In this document: piece after piece, positions 35,278-45,622 of the stretch
Numbering within the stretch: position 1 is the first letter of the stretch
Layout of the letters: each line of letters begins with the position of its first letter
Origin: Phenylobacterium sp.
GTDB lineage: Bacteria; Pseudomonadota; Alphaproteobacteria; Caulobacterales; Caulobacteraceae
Direction: 5' to 3'
Length of the DNA stretch: 64,000 nt
Assembly (NCBI RefSeq): GCF_030698145.1
Contig: NZ_JAUYNW010000047.1
Span: forward strand, 15,618 to 79,617
Notes under the pieces: model-generated
Told to the model about the DNA's origin: nothing
The model's input: the letters and a program-made list of their open reading frames with translations, nothing else
Database searches by the model: none
Program-made: the position numbers and the translations under genes

Positions 35278-37638
35278 ATGGCGTACAACCGCGCGCGCGC
35301 GGCGGCTCAGGCGAGCCTGCTTGCGATCATCATGGCCATGCCGGCAAGCGCCGCCATGGCCCAAACCGAACTCGACGAACTGGTGGTCACCGCGCGGAAA
35401 CGCGACGAGGCCCTGATCGACGTCCCGTTCTCGATCAACGCCCTCAGCGAAAGCAAGATGCGCGAGCGCGGCGCGACCAATATCGAGGACCTGTCGCGCA
35501 ACATCGCCGGCTTCACGGTGCAGAACCTCGGCCCCGGCCAGAGCCAGGTGGCCATCCGCGGCATCTCCGCGGGCCAGATCGTCCGCGACCAGCCGGGCGT
35601 GAAGGAGCAGGTCGGCGTCTATCTCGACGAATCCGTGATCTCGATGTCGCTGTTCACCCCGGACATCGACCTGTTCGACCTGAACCGGGTCGAGGTGCTG
35701 CGCGGGCCGCAAGGTACCCTCTACGGCTCGGGCTCGCTGTCGGGCACGGTGCGCTACATCACCAACCAGCCTAATACCGAGGGCGTCGAGGGGTCGATCG
35801 AGGCCACGGTCAATTCGGTCGCCGACGGCGAGATGGGCGGCGACCTGAAGGGCGTCATCAACCTGCCCCTGGGTGACACCGCGGCCTTGCGGATCGCGGC
35901 CTATACGACCAAGTTCCCGGGCTTCATCGACGCCGTCCAACCGGGCGGGCGAGTAAACGAGGACGTCAACGGCGGCACGCGCACCGGCATCCGGGCCAGC
36001 CTGCTGTTCCGGCCGACCGACAACCTGACGATCACGCCGCGCATCCTCTACCAGACCATCGACGTGGACGGCTTCAACCGCGTCGACGTGTTCAACATCC
36101 TGGGCAACCAGTACACCACCACCCGTCCGGCGGTGACCCTGGGCGACCTGCAGCAGTTCACCCAGCTCACCGAGAAGTTCACCGACGACTTCCTGCTGGG
36201 CGACCTGACCATCCAGTACGAGATGGGCGACCTCGCCCTGACCTCGATCTCCAGCTACAGCGACCGCGAGGTCCTGGTGCTGCGCGACGCGACGGCCCTG
36301 ACCGGCTCGATCACCGGCGGCTCGATCGGCCTATCGCCGGCCGTCTACACCCTGAACGCGCCGCTGGCCGACACCACCGACCTCAAGTCCTTCACCCAGG
36401 AAGTCCGCCTGGGTTCGAACGACGACGGCCCCTTCCAGTGGGTGGTCGGCGTCTTCTATTCCGACGTGGACCGCGACTACGCCCAGGTGCTGGACGTGCG
36501 CGGCTTCCAGGCCCTGACCGGCATCCCGACCGCCGGCGCGCGGGCCCCGGTGGACGCGCTCTACTTCTCCACCGTGCCCTACACCCAGACCCAGTACGCG
36601 GTGTTCGGCGAAGGCACCTGGGAGCTCAGCGAGCGCTTGGACGTCACCGCGGGCCTGCGCTACGCCAGCTATGAGGAAAACCGGGTCCTGACCTTCGACG
36701 GCATCTTCGCCGACACCACCATCGGCGTGCCGGGCGGCACAGAGGCCGACGACTTCGCCCCGCGGGTCATCGTCTCCTACAAGGCCACCGACAACGTCAC
36801 CGTCAACGCCCAGGCCTCCAAGGGCTTCCGGCTGGGCGGCATCAACGACCCGCTGAACCGGCCCCTCTGCAGCGCCTCCGACTTCGCCACGTTCAACGCG
36901 CTCTCCAAGCCCAGCTTCGACAACGAGACGGTGTGGAACTACGAAGCCGGCCTGAAGGCCCGGCTGGCGGAAGGGCGCGGCTCGCTGACCCTGGCGGCCT
37001 TCTACGCGGACATCGAGAACCTGCAGGCGACCCTCGACGCCGGCAGTTGCTCGTCGCGAGTCATCGTCAACGTGCCGAAGGCCAAGTCCAGCGGCGTCGA
37101 GGCCGAGTTCTCCATGCGGCTCAGCGACAATTTCGACGTCGCCGCCTCGGCCTCGTGGAACAGCGCCGAGCTGACCTCCAGCGTACGTGACGCGACCGGC
37201 TCGCCGATCCAGGGCCTGCGCGACGGCAACCGCCTGCCGACGGTGCCGGAGTTCCAGGCCGCCTTCAGCATCAACTATCTCCGCGAAATGGAGAACGGCT
37301 TCACCGCGTACAGCAACCTGACCTGGCAGTATGTGGGCGACCGCATCACCCAGATCTCGGACCAGGAGAACGATCCGCGGACCGTCAGCCTGTTCACCAA
37401 CATCGGGGCGACCACGGTCTCGTCCCTTTCCTTCCCGCTGGAGCTGCCTGCCTATGACGTGGCCAACCTGCGGGTCGGCGTGCGCAACGAGAGCTGGGAC
37501 GCGACGCTGTTCGTCAACAACCTGACCGATGAACGGGCCAAGCTCTCCATCGACCGAGAGCGCGGCCTGCGGGCCCGCTACGGCTACCAGACCAACCAGC
37601 CGCGCACCGTGGGCGTCACCGTGCGGAAGAGCTTCTAG
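35278..37638 (+). CDS. TonB-dependent receptor
   Basis: Signal peptide, TonB box ELVVTARKR, RVEVLRGPQGTLYG, C-terminal VNNLTDE...PRTVGVTVRKSF. Confidence 0.95.
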   Translation: MAYNRARAAAQASLLAIIMAMPASAAMAQTELDELVVTARKRDEALIDVPFSINALSESKMRERGATNIEDLSRNIAGFTVQNLGPGQSQVAIRGISAGQIVRDQPGVKEQVGVYLDESVISMSLFTPDIDLFDLNRVEVLRGPQGTLYGSGSLSGTVRYITNQPNTEGVEGSIEATVNSVADGEMGGDLKGVINLPLGDTAALRIAAYTTKFPGFIDAVQPGGRVNEDVNGGTRTGIRASLLFRPTDNLTITPRILYQTIDVDGFNRVDVFNILGNQYTTTRPAVTLGDLQQFTQLTEKFTDDFLLGDLTIQYEMGDLALTSISSYSDREVLVLRDATALTGSITGGSIGLSPAVYTLNAPLADTTDLKSFTQEVRLGSNDDGPFQWVVGVFYSDVDRDYAQVLDVRGFQALTGIPTAGARAPVDALYFSTVPYTQTQYAVFGEGTWELSERLDVTAGLRYASYEENRVLTFDGIFADTTIGVPGGTEADDFAPRVIVSYKATDNVTVNAQASKGFRLGGINDPLNRPLCSASDFATFNALSKPSFDNETVWNYEAGLKARLAEGRGSLTLAAFYADIENLQATLDAGSCSSRVIVNVPKAKSSGVEAEFSMRLSDNFDVAASASWNSAELTSSVRDATGSPIQGLRDGNRLPTVPEFQAAFSINYLREMENGFTAYSNLTWQYVGDRITQISDQENDPRTVSLFTNIGATTVSSLSFPLELPAYDVANLRVGVRNESWDATLFVNNLTDERAKLSIDRERGLRARYGYQTNQPRTVGVTVRKSF

Positions 37639-37644
37639 GGGATT

Positions 37645-37676
37645 TTCCTCCCCCGTTTACGGGGGCGGGGGAGGAA
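37645..37676. repeat. Truncated intergenic repeat / bidirectional hairpin
   Basis: TTCCTCCCCCG-TTTA-CGGGGGCGGGGGAGGAA between convergent stops. Confidence 0.5.
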
Positions 37677-37684
37677 GAAGCTCT

Positions 37685-38644
37685 CTAGAAGAACTGGGCG
37701 AGGTTGCGGCGGATCCGTTCCAGGACGGGTTCTTCGCCGACCGGGGGCTCGAACTTGAGGCCGGTGATGGTCTCGAAGGCGCGGATATAGACCGCCGAGG
37801 TCTCCAGGATCATCTCCGCCGGAATTTCCGGAATGGGGTCGTTGTAGGGATCGCAGCGCTCCGCCACCCAGGCGCGGACGAAGTCCTTGTCGAAGCTGTC
37901 GGGCCGCTGGCCGGCGGCGAAGCGTTGGGCATACGTGTCGGCGATCCAGTAGCGGCTGGAGTCCGGCGTGTGGATCTCGTCGGCCAGGATGATGGTCCCG
38001 TCGGCGTCGGTCCCGAACTCGTACTTGGTGTCGACCAGGATCAGGCCGCGCTTGGCGGCGATCTGCTGGCCGCGCGCGAACAGAGCCAGGGCATAGGCGG
38101 CGAGCCGGTCCCACTGGGGCCGGGTCAGCAGCCCCTGCTGGACGATCTCCTCCGGCGTCAGCGGCAGGTCGTGGCCGCCGTCGAACGCCTTCGAGGTGGG
38201 GGTGATGATCGGGGTGGGCAGCTTCTGATTGTCGGCCAGGCCGTCGGGGAAGACGTGGCCGTACATCTCGCGCTGGCCCTGCTTGTAGAGCGTCAGGATC
38301 GAGGTTCCGGTCGTGCCGGCCAGGTAGTCGCGCACCACGATCTCGACCGGCAGGATGTCGAGCCGCTGGCCCACCACCACATTGGGATCGGGATAGCTGA
38401 GCACGTGGTTGGGACAGATGTCGGCGGTGTTCTCGAACCAGAACCGCGCGGTCTGGGTCAGGACCTGGCCCTTGTAGGGGATCGCCGCCAGGATCGCGTC
38501 GAAGGCGCTCAGCCGGTCCGAGGCGATGATGATCCGCCGCCCGTCCGGCAGGTCGTAATTATCCCGCACCTTGCCGAAATAGGCGTTGGGCAACTCGGGG
38601 ATGACGGCGTCGCGAAGGACGTGGCGCAGGGGCGAGGAATCCAT
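37685..38644 (-). CDS. purC: SAICAR synthetase, long form
   Basis: [62 protein letters not shown]. Confidence 0.93.
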   Translation of the reverse strand: MDSSPLRHVLRDAVIPELPNAYFGKVRDNYDLPDGRRIIIASDRLSAFDAILAAIPYKGQVLTQTARFWFENTADICPNHVLSYPDPNVVVGQRLDILPVEIVVRDYLAGTTGTSILTLYKQGQREMYGHVFPDGLADNQKLPTPIITPTSKAFDGGHDLPLTPEEIVQQGLLTRPQWDRLAAYALALFARGQQIAAKRGLILVDTKYEFGTDADGTIILADEIHTPDSSRYWIADTYAQRFAAGQRPDSFDKDFVRAWVAERCDPYNDPIPEIPAEMILETSAVYIRAFETITGLKFEPPVGEEPVLERIRRNLAQFF

Positions 38645-38708
38645 GGCGCGAGCTTATCGTCCGGGGCAGCCTCCGCGCCAAGCCCTACCTGCCAGGGCGA
38701 CCGCCATC

Positions 38709-39671
38709 CTAGCCGGCGGGGCCGGCGCCGCTGAAGGTCTGCATCAGGCGGAAGACGGCGGGCAGCAGCAGCACGCCCAACAGGCAGGGGAAGATGAACA
38801 GGATCAACGGCAGGGTCAGCTTGACCGGCAGGGCCAGGGCTTTCTCCTCGGCCCGCAGCATCCGCTTCTGGCGCATGTCGTTGGAGAAGATGCTCAGCGT
38901 CTCGCCCAGGCTGGTGCCCATGTCCTCGGCCTGACGCAGCATGGTGGCGAGCGCGCGGGCGTCGTCGATGCCCAGGCGGTCGGCGAAGGTCGACCAGGCG
39001 TCCTTGCGCGACTTGCCGGCCCGCAGCTCCAGGGTCAGCATCCGCAGGTGGATGGTCAGGCGCGGATAGCGCCGCGCGAGCTCCTCGCAGACCCGCGACA
39101 CCGCCGCGTCGAGGGACAGACCCGCCTCCACCGAGGCGACCAGCAGGTCCAGCAGGTCGGGGAAGCCGTCGGTATATTCCAGCTCCCGGTCCTTCTGGCG
39201 CATGGCCAGCACCCGGTCGGGGCCGAGCAGGGCGATCAGCGCCAGGGTCATGGCCAGCGTGATGGGCCCCATGCCGCCGCCCTTCAGTGCGAAGGGCAGC
39301 AGTAGGACCGTGCCGATGGTGGCCAGGGCCAGGGAGATGGCCCGGGCGCCCAGATAGTAGACGGCCGCGTCGCGGTTGAAGAAGCCGGCGCGCATCAGGC
39401 GCATCCGCACGTCGGAGACCTTGGACGGGTCGCTGACCGCGGCCTGCTGGCCCAGGCGTTTCAGGCCCGCGACGGCGTGACCGAAGATCCGCACCTCGCC
39501 GCGCGCGGCGATCGGGTTGTCGCCGCCGCCGGGGGCCGTGAAGCGGGCGCGGCGCTGGGAGCGCACCCTCGCCTCCCCCACCAGGACCACGGCTCCGCCG
39601 ATGGCGGCCACGGAGAGCAGGACCACGGCGAGGCCGGTGACGAGATTCTGAAGCTGAACGGGGTCCATCAC
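38709..39671 (-). CDS. tadC: Tad pilus platform protein TadC
   Basis: T2SSF domain FPDLLDLLVASVEAGLSLD; MR.KR.LRAEEKA..LPVKLTLPLILFIFP. Confidence 0.9.
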   Translation of the reverse strand: MMDPVQLQNLVTGLAVVLLSVAAIGGAVVLVGEARVRSQRRARFTAPGGGDNPIAARGEVRIFGHAVAGLKRLGQQAAVSDPSKVSDVRMRLMRAGFFNRDAAVYYLGARAISLALATIGTVLLLPFALKGGGMGPITLAMTLALIALLGPDRVLAMRQKDRELEYTDGFPDLLDLLVASVEAGLSLDAAVSRVCEELARRYPRLTIHLRMLTLELRAGKSRKDAWSTFADRLGIDDARALATMLRQAEDMGTSLGETLSIFSNDMRQKRMLRAEEKALALPVKLTLPLILFIFPCLLGVLLLPAVFRLMQTFSGAGPAG

Positions 39672-39672
39672 A

Positions 39673-40632
39673 TCAGATCCGCATGGCGACCATCTTGCGC
39701 ATGATCAGGTTGCCGATAACGATCCAGACAGCGAAGCCGCCCAGGCCCATCTGGATGAACGGCTCGTGGATCACTTCGCCGTAGAAGTCGGGCGCCATGA
39801 TGGTGATGGCGCCGGCGGCGACCAGCGGCGCGGAGCTGAGGATGGTGGCCGAGACCCGCCCCTCGGACGAGGCGGCCTTGATCTTCAGCCGCATCCGCTG
39901 GCGTTCGCGCACGGTGTTGGCGTTGAGTTTCAAGAGGCCGGTCAGGTTGCCGCCGGCCCGCTCCTGCAGGCGCACCGTGGCCGCGAACAGGTCGACGTCG
40001 GGATGCTGGCAGCGCAGCGACATCCGCTCGACCGCCTGCTCCAGGGTGGCGCCATAGGCGATCTCGTCGGCGGCCATGCCGAATTCCGAGCCGATAGGAT
40101 CGGCCATTTCGCGTCCGACCAGGGCGATGGCGGTGGGCACCGGGTGACCGGCCTCCAGGCTGCGGACAATGATCTCCAGGCCCTGAGGGAGCTGATTGCC
40201 CAGCGCCTTAGCGCGGCGGGCGGCCATGAACTTGAGATAGAAGATCGGTGCGCCCACGGCGGCGATCACCGCGGCGATGGGCACGGCGACAATCGTTTTG
40301 GCGACCAGGAAGCCCAGGCCTCCGCCGACCACGGCGGCGCCCGTGATCGCCAGCAGCCAGCGGCGGGCGTCATAGGGCACGCCCGAGCGGACGATCAGGG
40401 CGCTGAGCCAGGCCCAGCCGCCCTTGGCGTCTCCGGCGGCGTTGAGGCCGCGCTGCTTGCGCAGCTCGACCACAAGTTCGGCGATGCCGTTGGTGCGTTC
40501 GGCCAGGACCAGGCGGCGGTTCACCTTGCGCTTCTGCTGGGCCGTTCGGCCGAGGCCGATGGCCGCCTGGGCCGCGGCGAACACCGCGGCGAACACCAGG
40601 ATCAGATAGACGGTGGAGACATCGACCGGCAT
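39673..40632 (-). CDS. tadB: Tad pilus platform protein TadB
   Basis: QLPQGLEIIVRSLEAGHP, PIGSEF, GGNL, SSEGRVSA. Confidence 0.9.
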   Translation of the reverse strand: MPVDVSTVYLILVFAAVFAAAQAAIGLGRTAQQKRKVNRRLVLAERTNGIAELVVELRKQRGLNAAGDAKGGWAWLSALIVRSGVPYDARRWLLAITGAAVVGGGLGFLVAKTIVAVPIAAVIAAVGAPIFYLKFMAARRAKALGNQLPQGLEIIVRSLEAGHPVPTAIALVGREMADPIGSEFGMAADEIAYGATLEQAVERMSLRCQHPDVDLFAATVRLQERAGGNLTGLLKLNANTVRERQRMRLKIKAASSEGRVSATILSSAPLVAAGAITIMAPDFYGEVIHEPFIQMGLGGFAVWIVIGNLIMRKMVAMRI

Positions 40633-42035
40633 CAGGCGAGCGCCCGGGACGGGTCGAAGTGGGCGACGTCATAGGCGATGCCCCGGCGCATCATCTCGTC
40701 CAGGCACTTGGGGCGCAGGCCGGTGGCGCGGAACTCGCCGTGCACCGCGCCGTCGGCGGTGGTGTGGCTGCGATGGAAGGCGAAGATCTCCTGCATCTGG
40801 ACCACCTGGCCCTCCATGCCGGTGATCTCGGTGACGCTCATCACCTTCCGCTTGCCGTCCGACAGGCGCATCACCTGGACGATCATGCCGATGGCCGAGG
40901 CGATCTGGCCGCGCATGCTTTCCGGGGTCAGGCGCATGCCCGACATGGCCACCATCTGCTCCAGGCGGGTGATGGCGTCGCGCGGGGTGTTGGCGTGGAT
41001 AGTGGCCATCGAGCCTTCGTGGCCGGTGTTCATGGCCTGGAGCATGTCGAAGGCTTCCTCGCCGCGAACCTCACCCAGGATCACGCGATCGGGCCGCATC
41101 CGCAGGGCGTTCTTGACCAGCTCGCGCTGGCGGATCTCGCCCTTGCCTTCGATGTTCGGCGGCCGGGTCTCCATGCGCACGACGTGGGGCTGCTGCATCT
41201 GCAGCTCGGCGGCGTCCTCGATGGTGATCAGGCGCTCGCCGTGGCTGATGGCGGCGGACAGCGCATTGAGCATGGTGGTCTTGCCCGAGCCGGTGCCGCC
41301 TGAGATCACGGTCGAGACGCGCGCCTTGATCGCCCCGTGCAGGAAGTCGGCGACGCACTGGGGCATGGCGCCCACATCGACCAGCTTCTCCAGGGTGTAT
41401 GGCTTCTTGGAGAACTTCCGGATCGAGACGCAGGCGCCGTCGATGGCGACGGGGGCGATGGCGGCGTTGACGCGGCTGCCGTCGGGCAGGCGGGCGTCGA
41501 CCATGGGCTGGCTCTCGTCGATGCGGCGGCCAACGCCGGCGACGATGCGGTTGACGATGCGCAGCAGGTGGTCGTTGTCGCGGAACCTGACCGGGGTCGG
41601 CTCAAGCTCCCCGCGCCGCTCGACATAGACCTGGAATGGGCCGTTGATCAGGATGTCGTTGACGGTGTCGTCCTTGAGCAGCGGCTCGATGGGACCAAGG
41701 CCGACCATCTCGTCGTGCACCGAGGCGCCCAGCTCTTCCAGTTCGTTGGTGTTGAGCACCAGGCGCTCGTCGCGGGCGAAGTCGGCGACCAGGGACATCA
41801 CCTGGCGGCGCAGCTCGCCGTCGGCCAGCTTCTCCAGCTTGGAGAGGTCGAGCTCCTCGATCAGCCGAGCGTGAATCTTCATCTTCACGTCCAGCATCTT
41901 GTTTTCCGACACCCGCTGGGCGGAGGGCTCGACCTGCGGCTGGTGGCGGGAGGGCGCAGCCTCCGACGGGCGCGGCGGTTCTGCGTCGTCGACCGGGACC
42001 GGCGCGGCGGGGCGGGTGAGGTTGAAACGGCCCAT
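40632..42035 (-). CDS. cpaF: Tad pilus ATPase CpaF/TadA
   Basis: GGTGSGKTT, TIEDAAEL, NALRMRPDRVILGEVRG, AMNTGHEGSMATIHAN. Confidence 0.96.
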   Translation of the reverse strand: MGRFNLTRPAAPVPVDDAEPPRPSEAAPSRHQPQVEPSAQRVSENKMLDVKMKIHARLIEELDLSKLEKLADGELRRQVMSLVADFARDERLVLNTNELEELGASVHDEMVGLGPIEPLLKDDTVNDILINGPFQVYVERRGELEPTPVRFRDNDHLLRIVNRIVAGVGRRIDESQPMVDARLPDGSRVNAAIAPVAIDGACVSIRKFSKKPYTLEKLVDVGAMPQCVADFLHGAIKARVSTVISGGTGSGKTTMLNALSAAISHGERLITIEDAAELQMQQPHVVRMETRPPNIEGKGEIRQRELVKNALRMRPDRVILGEVRGEEAFDMLQAMNTGHEGSMATIHANTPRDAITRLEQMVAMSGMRLTPESMRGQIASAIGMIVQVMRLSDGKRKVMSVTEITGMEGQVVQMQEIFAFHRSHTTADGAVHGEFRATGLRPKCLDEMMRRGIAYDVAHFDPSRALA

Positions 42036-43210
42036 CAGGCGGCCCTCCGGGACCAGCCGGCGCGCCGATCGGCGACGCCCAGCACGCGGTCGATCAGGAC
42101 CGCAACATCGCGCACGATCTTGGACTTGGGCCGATACTGACTGATCGGGCCGCCCAGGTTGACGGAGGCCGCGGCGGCCTCCCAGTCGGAACTGATGCTG
42201 GCTTCGGTCTTGCGTTCCAGCGCCCGCTCAGCCTCCGCCGTCGAGGGCGTGGGCCCGAACATGCGGCTGGCCAGGCGGTTCAGCACGATGCGGGTCTTGC
42301 GGCCCACCGGCAGGGCGGTCTCGATCTCTTCCGACAGCGCGCGCGCAGCCAGCAGCGCCGGCACGGTGAGCTCGGAGATCACCAGCACCTCGTCGGCGCC
42401 GGACAAGACCTCCAGGGTCCAGGGCCTGCGATGGCGCGGCATGTCGATGATCACGAACTCATAGGCCTCGCAGGCGATCTCCAGGATGCGCAGCACGGCC
42501 TCCTTGGACACCTGGTCGAAGGCCAGCGGATCGCGTGGACAGGCCAGCAGATCGAAGCCCTTGGAGATCGGCGTGGTGAAGGCCGCGAGCAGGGCCGCGT
42601 CCATCCGCTCGGCCGCGGGGCCGAACTGGGCCAGGCCCATGGCCGGGGCCGCGGCGAGATAGGCCGAGGCCGCGCCATCGGCCAAGTGCAGGTCGATCAG
42701 GCAAACCCCGTGCTCCTTGGTGGTGCGGCCGGCCAGGGCGTTGGCGATCTCGATCGCGATCGTGGTGGCGCCGGCGCCGCCGACCGCGCCCAGCACGGCC
42801 CAGCACCGCGACCCCTGTCCACTAGACCCGGCCGGCTCCGACGCCGCCCCGTCCAGCAGACTGTAGATGGCTGCCTGCAGCTGCTCGTCGGTGAATGGGG
42901 CCTCCAGGACGTCGGCGTGCTTCATCCGCATGACCGCCCGGGCCAGGCCGGTCGCCAAGCGCTGGCCGACCATCAGGGTCGGCGGCGGCGCGCCCATCGC
43001 CGCGAGGGCGACGATGGCCTCGCCCAGGGCGCCGGAATCGACGGCGTCGGCGTCGATCAGCACCAGGTCGACGGTCGCCGGTTGCAGGTCGGCCAGGCGC
43101 TCAAGGTCGGCCAACTCGAAGGCGGCGCCGAACAGCGGCCCGCGGGCCAGGGGCGCCAGACTCGTCCCTATGGCCAGGACGCGACGGCCAAGCAGGCTCC
43201 AATGGGTCAT
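42035..43210 (-). CDS. cpaE: CpaE/TadZ localisation protein (pseudo-receiver + ParA/MinD-like)
   Basis: Receiver-like N-domain, degenerate Walker A GAVGGAGATT, CLIDL, VIIDMP; position in the operon. Confidence 0.82.
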   Translation of the reverse strand: MTHWSLLGRRVLAIGTSLAPLARGPLFGAAFELADLERLADLQPATVDLVLIDADAVDSGALGEAIVALAAMGAPPPTLMVGQRLATGLARAVMRMKHADVLEAPFTDEQLQAAIYSLLDGAASEPAGSSGQGSRCWAVLGAVGGAGATTIAIEIANALAGRTTKEHGVCLIDLHLADGAASAYLAAAPAMGLAQFGPAAERMDAALLAAFTTPISKGFDLLACPRDPLAFDQVSKEAVLRILEIACEAYEFVIIDMPRHRRPWTLEVLSGADEVLVISELTVPALLAARALSEEIETALPVGRKTRIVLNRLASRMFGPTPSTAEAERALERKTEASISSDWEAAAASVNLGGPISQYRPKSKIVRDVAVLIDRVLGVADRRAGWSRRAA

Positions 43211-43241
43211 TGCGGAGGGCTCGCTGCGCGCTGCATGGGGT

Positions 43242-44582
43242 TCATCCGCGAGGCGACTTGCCGCTGACCGGCGCGGCCATAGGCTGGTCGAGGGATTTGC
43301 CGTCCAGGATCAGGTCGATGGCGCTGGCTTCCTGGCCCATGAACGGATCGGGTTGGTTGGAGGGCGCGAGGTCGGCGGCGGTGGCGAGACGCGGCGTGAC
43401 GATGATCACCAGCTCGGTTTCGGCGCGCCGCCAGCGCGACGAGCGGAACAGGGCGCCGAGGATCGGCACCTCGCCGACGCCGGGAAGCTGGCGGACTTGG
43501 TTGACGTAGTCCTGCTGGAACAGACCCGCGATGGCGAAGGCCTCGCCGTCTTTCAGCTCGATGGTGGTCTCGCTGCGGCGGACCACCAGGCTGGGGATCT
43601 CGAAGCCCTGGATGCGCAGGTTGTTGTTGTGATCGAGCTGGCTGACCTCGGGGGCCACCTGCATCCGGATCAGGCCGTTGTCCTGCACCGTCGGCTGAAA
43701 GCCGAGCTTCACGCCGAACTCGCGAAACTCGATCGTGACGCTGTCGCGGCCCGACGGCACCGGGAACGGGAATTCACCGCCGGCCAGGAAACTGGCCTTC
43801 TGGCCCGACAGCGCCACCAGGTTCGGCCGGGCGAGGGTGCGGATCACGCCCTTCTCCTCCAGGGCGGCCAGGGTCACGTCGATGCTGGCCGTCCCGATCG
43901 AGCCGGAGAGCCGCAGCGCGCCCTGCGGCGCGGTGTTGCCGATCAGGCCCGTGCCGGTGGCGAGCGCGAAGGTTGAGTTGTTGGCCGCGGTGATGTTGAA
44001 GCCGACGTCCTTCAGGGCCGCGCGGCTGGCCTCCAGGATGCGCACCTCCAGCATGACCTGCTGGGAGGCGCGCACGGTGAGCGCGCTGGTCACCGCCTCG
44101 GGCGCGAACCGGTCGGCTAGGGTCTTGGCGCGGCCGGCGGCGGCGGTGGTGGAGACCTCGCCGGTCAGCAGCAGCCCCTCGCCGAGGTTGCGGACGCGCA
44201 CCCGTTCGCCGGGCAGGGCGGCGGTCAGGTCGGCCTCCAGGGCCTCGGCGTCATAACCGACGCGGACGTCGATGACTTCCTGGAGCAGGCCGCTGCCGCC
44301 GTAGATCAGCAGGTTCGTGGAACCCAGCTCCTTGCCGCGCACATAGAAGCTGCGGTCCGTCGTGGCGACGATCTGGGCGGTCTCGGGCTGGGCCACCACG
44401 ATGCGGGAGGCCGGACTGTCCAGTCGGAAGGACAGCGACTTGTTCTTCGGCACATTGATCACCCGGCTACGGGCGGACTCGCTGATGAACGACTCCGCGG
44501 CCGGAGCGGGCGCGGCAGTCAGGGTCGCGATCACGGCGCAGAGCGCGCCGGCGGCCAGCGGCTTGGGTCGCGAGGCGAACAT
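43242..44582 (-). CDS. cpaC: Tad secretin CpaC/RcpA
   Basis: QVMLEVRILE, LARPNLVALSGQKASFLAGGEFP, PGVGEVPILGALFRS, ETELVIIVTP. Confidence 0.93.
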   Translation of the reverse strand: MFASRPKPLAAGALCAVIATLTAAPAPAAESFISESARSRVINVPKNKSLSFRLDSPASRIVVAQPETAQIVATTDRSFYVRGKELGSTNLLIYGGSGLLQEVIDVRVGYDAEALEADLTAALPGERVRVRNLGEGLLLTGEVSTTAAAGRAKTLADRFAPEAVTSALTVRASQQVMLEVRILEASRAALKDVGFNITAANNSTFALATGTGLIGNTAPQGALRLSGSIGTASIDVTLAALEEKGVIRTLARPNLVALSGQKASFLAGGEFPFPVPSGRDSVTIEFREFGVKLGFQPTVQDNGLIRMQVAPEVSQLDHNNNLRIQGFEIPSLVVRRSETTIELKDGEAFAIAGLFQQDYVNQVRQLPGVGEVPILGALFRSSRWRRAETELVIIVTPRLATAADLAPSNQPDPFMGQEASAIDLILDGKSLDQPMAAPVSGKSPRG

Positions 44583-45424
44583 CAGACGCCCTCTCCTTCA
44601 ACAACCTGGATGACGGGGCGCGGCGCGCTCCCGGGCGCGGCGCGGCGCGGCCGGGGCGGCCCCGCGGCGATGCTGACGGCCGGCCCTCCCACCACATCGT
44701 GGGCGGACAGGGGCGTCAGGGCCTCGAGTTCGGCCTGACCCGAAGCGCGCAGGGCCAGGGACAACTGACCGAGGTCGGCGGCCACGGCCAGTTTCTGGGC
44801 GTCCTTGACGCTCACCTCGAGGGTGGCGGTGCTAGGGCTCGCCGGCTTGTTGGAGGTGGGGTCGGCGTTGAGGTCCACGCCGAGGACACGGCTGTTCTGC
44901 AGCACCACTTCGGACTGCAGGACCTTCTTGCTGTCGTCGGTCGAAAGATCGCGCATGAGCACGACATCGACACGGTCGCCCGGCAGGGCATGGCCGCCGA
45001 CGCCGGAGACATCGGTGACCTTGATCGTATAGGCGCGCATCCCCGCGCCGATCTCGGCGGCGACAGACTTGCGCGCGCCGGGCCCGGACAGCTTGGCCGG
45101 CAGCACGGGTTCGCGCGCGGCGATGGGGGTCAGCGCCACCGGAGCGCCGCCGTGGTCCTGGGCCAACACCTGGGCGACAGCGGTGAAGGCGCCGGCCGGC
45201 GCCGCGTTCCTGGGCACCCGCACCACGGTGAGATGGGCAGCGTCGAGCCGTTCGCCGTATTTGATGTCGCGGGAGGCCACCACCACGGCGACGGCGTTGG
45301 CCGCCGGCGAGTTGCTCGCCTGGGCGACATTGGCGTTGGCCGGCAGCATCACCTTGGCGACCAGCAGGGCCCCGAGACCGAGGGCGGCCGAGGCGCCCAA
45401 ACTCGCGATCGTCACAACCCGCAT
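44582..45424 (-). CDS. cpaB: Flp pilus assembly protein CpaB/RcpC
   Basis: SAF domain VVVASRDI, GMRAYTIKV, GVGGHALPGDRVDV, LSLALR. Alternative start 45451. Confidence 0.92.
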   Translation of the reverse strand: MRVVTIASLGASAALGLGALLVAKVMLPANANVAQASNSPAANAVAVVVASRDIKYGERLDAAHLTVVRVPRNAAPAGAFTAVAQVLAQDHGGAPVALTPIAAREPVLPAKLSGPGARKSVAAEIGAGMRAYTIKVTDVSGVGGHALPGDRVDVVLMRDLSTDDSKKVLQSEVVLQNSRVLGVDLNADPTSNKPASPSTATLEVSVKDAQKLAVAADLGQLSLALRASGQAELEALTPLSAHDVVGGPAVSIAAGPPRPRRAAPGSAPRPVIQVVEGEGV

Positions 45425-45622
45425 CGGCCCGCCCCTGGATGCCTCGTACATTCAGAGGGTTAGCAGGACAGCGATTGCGATAACCTCAACGAAGTAAGTA
45501 AACGTTCATAAAGGTTAACACCGCCAGTTCCGCCCGGTCCGGCGACGTGGAAAACCGTTGGTCCGCGGCGAAGACAAATCCCCGGCTCGCTCGTATGATC
45601 GAGACAATCGGGAGACCTCCAC

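Noticed and set aside
45474-45520. Full CtrA or Fur box upstream of cpaB
   Set aside because: Only half-sites; TTCA/TTAA are spaced by 6 rather than 7, and TTGCGA lacks a matching second arm.
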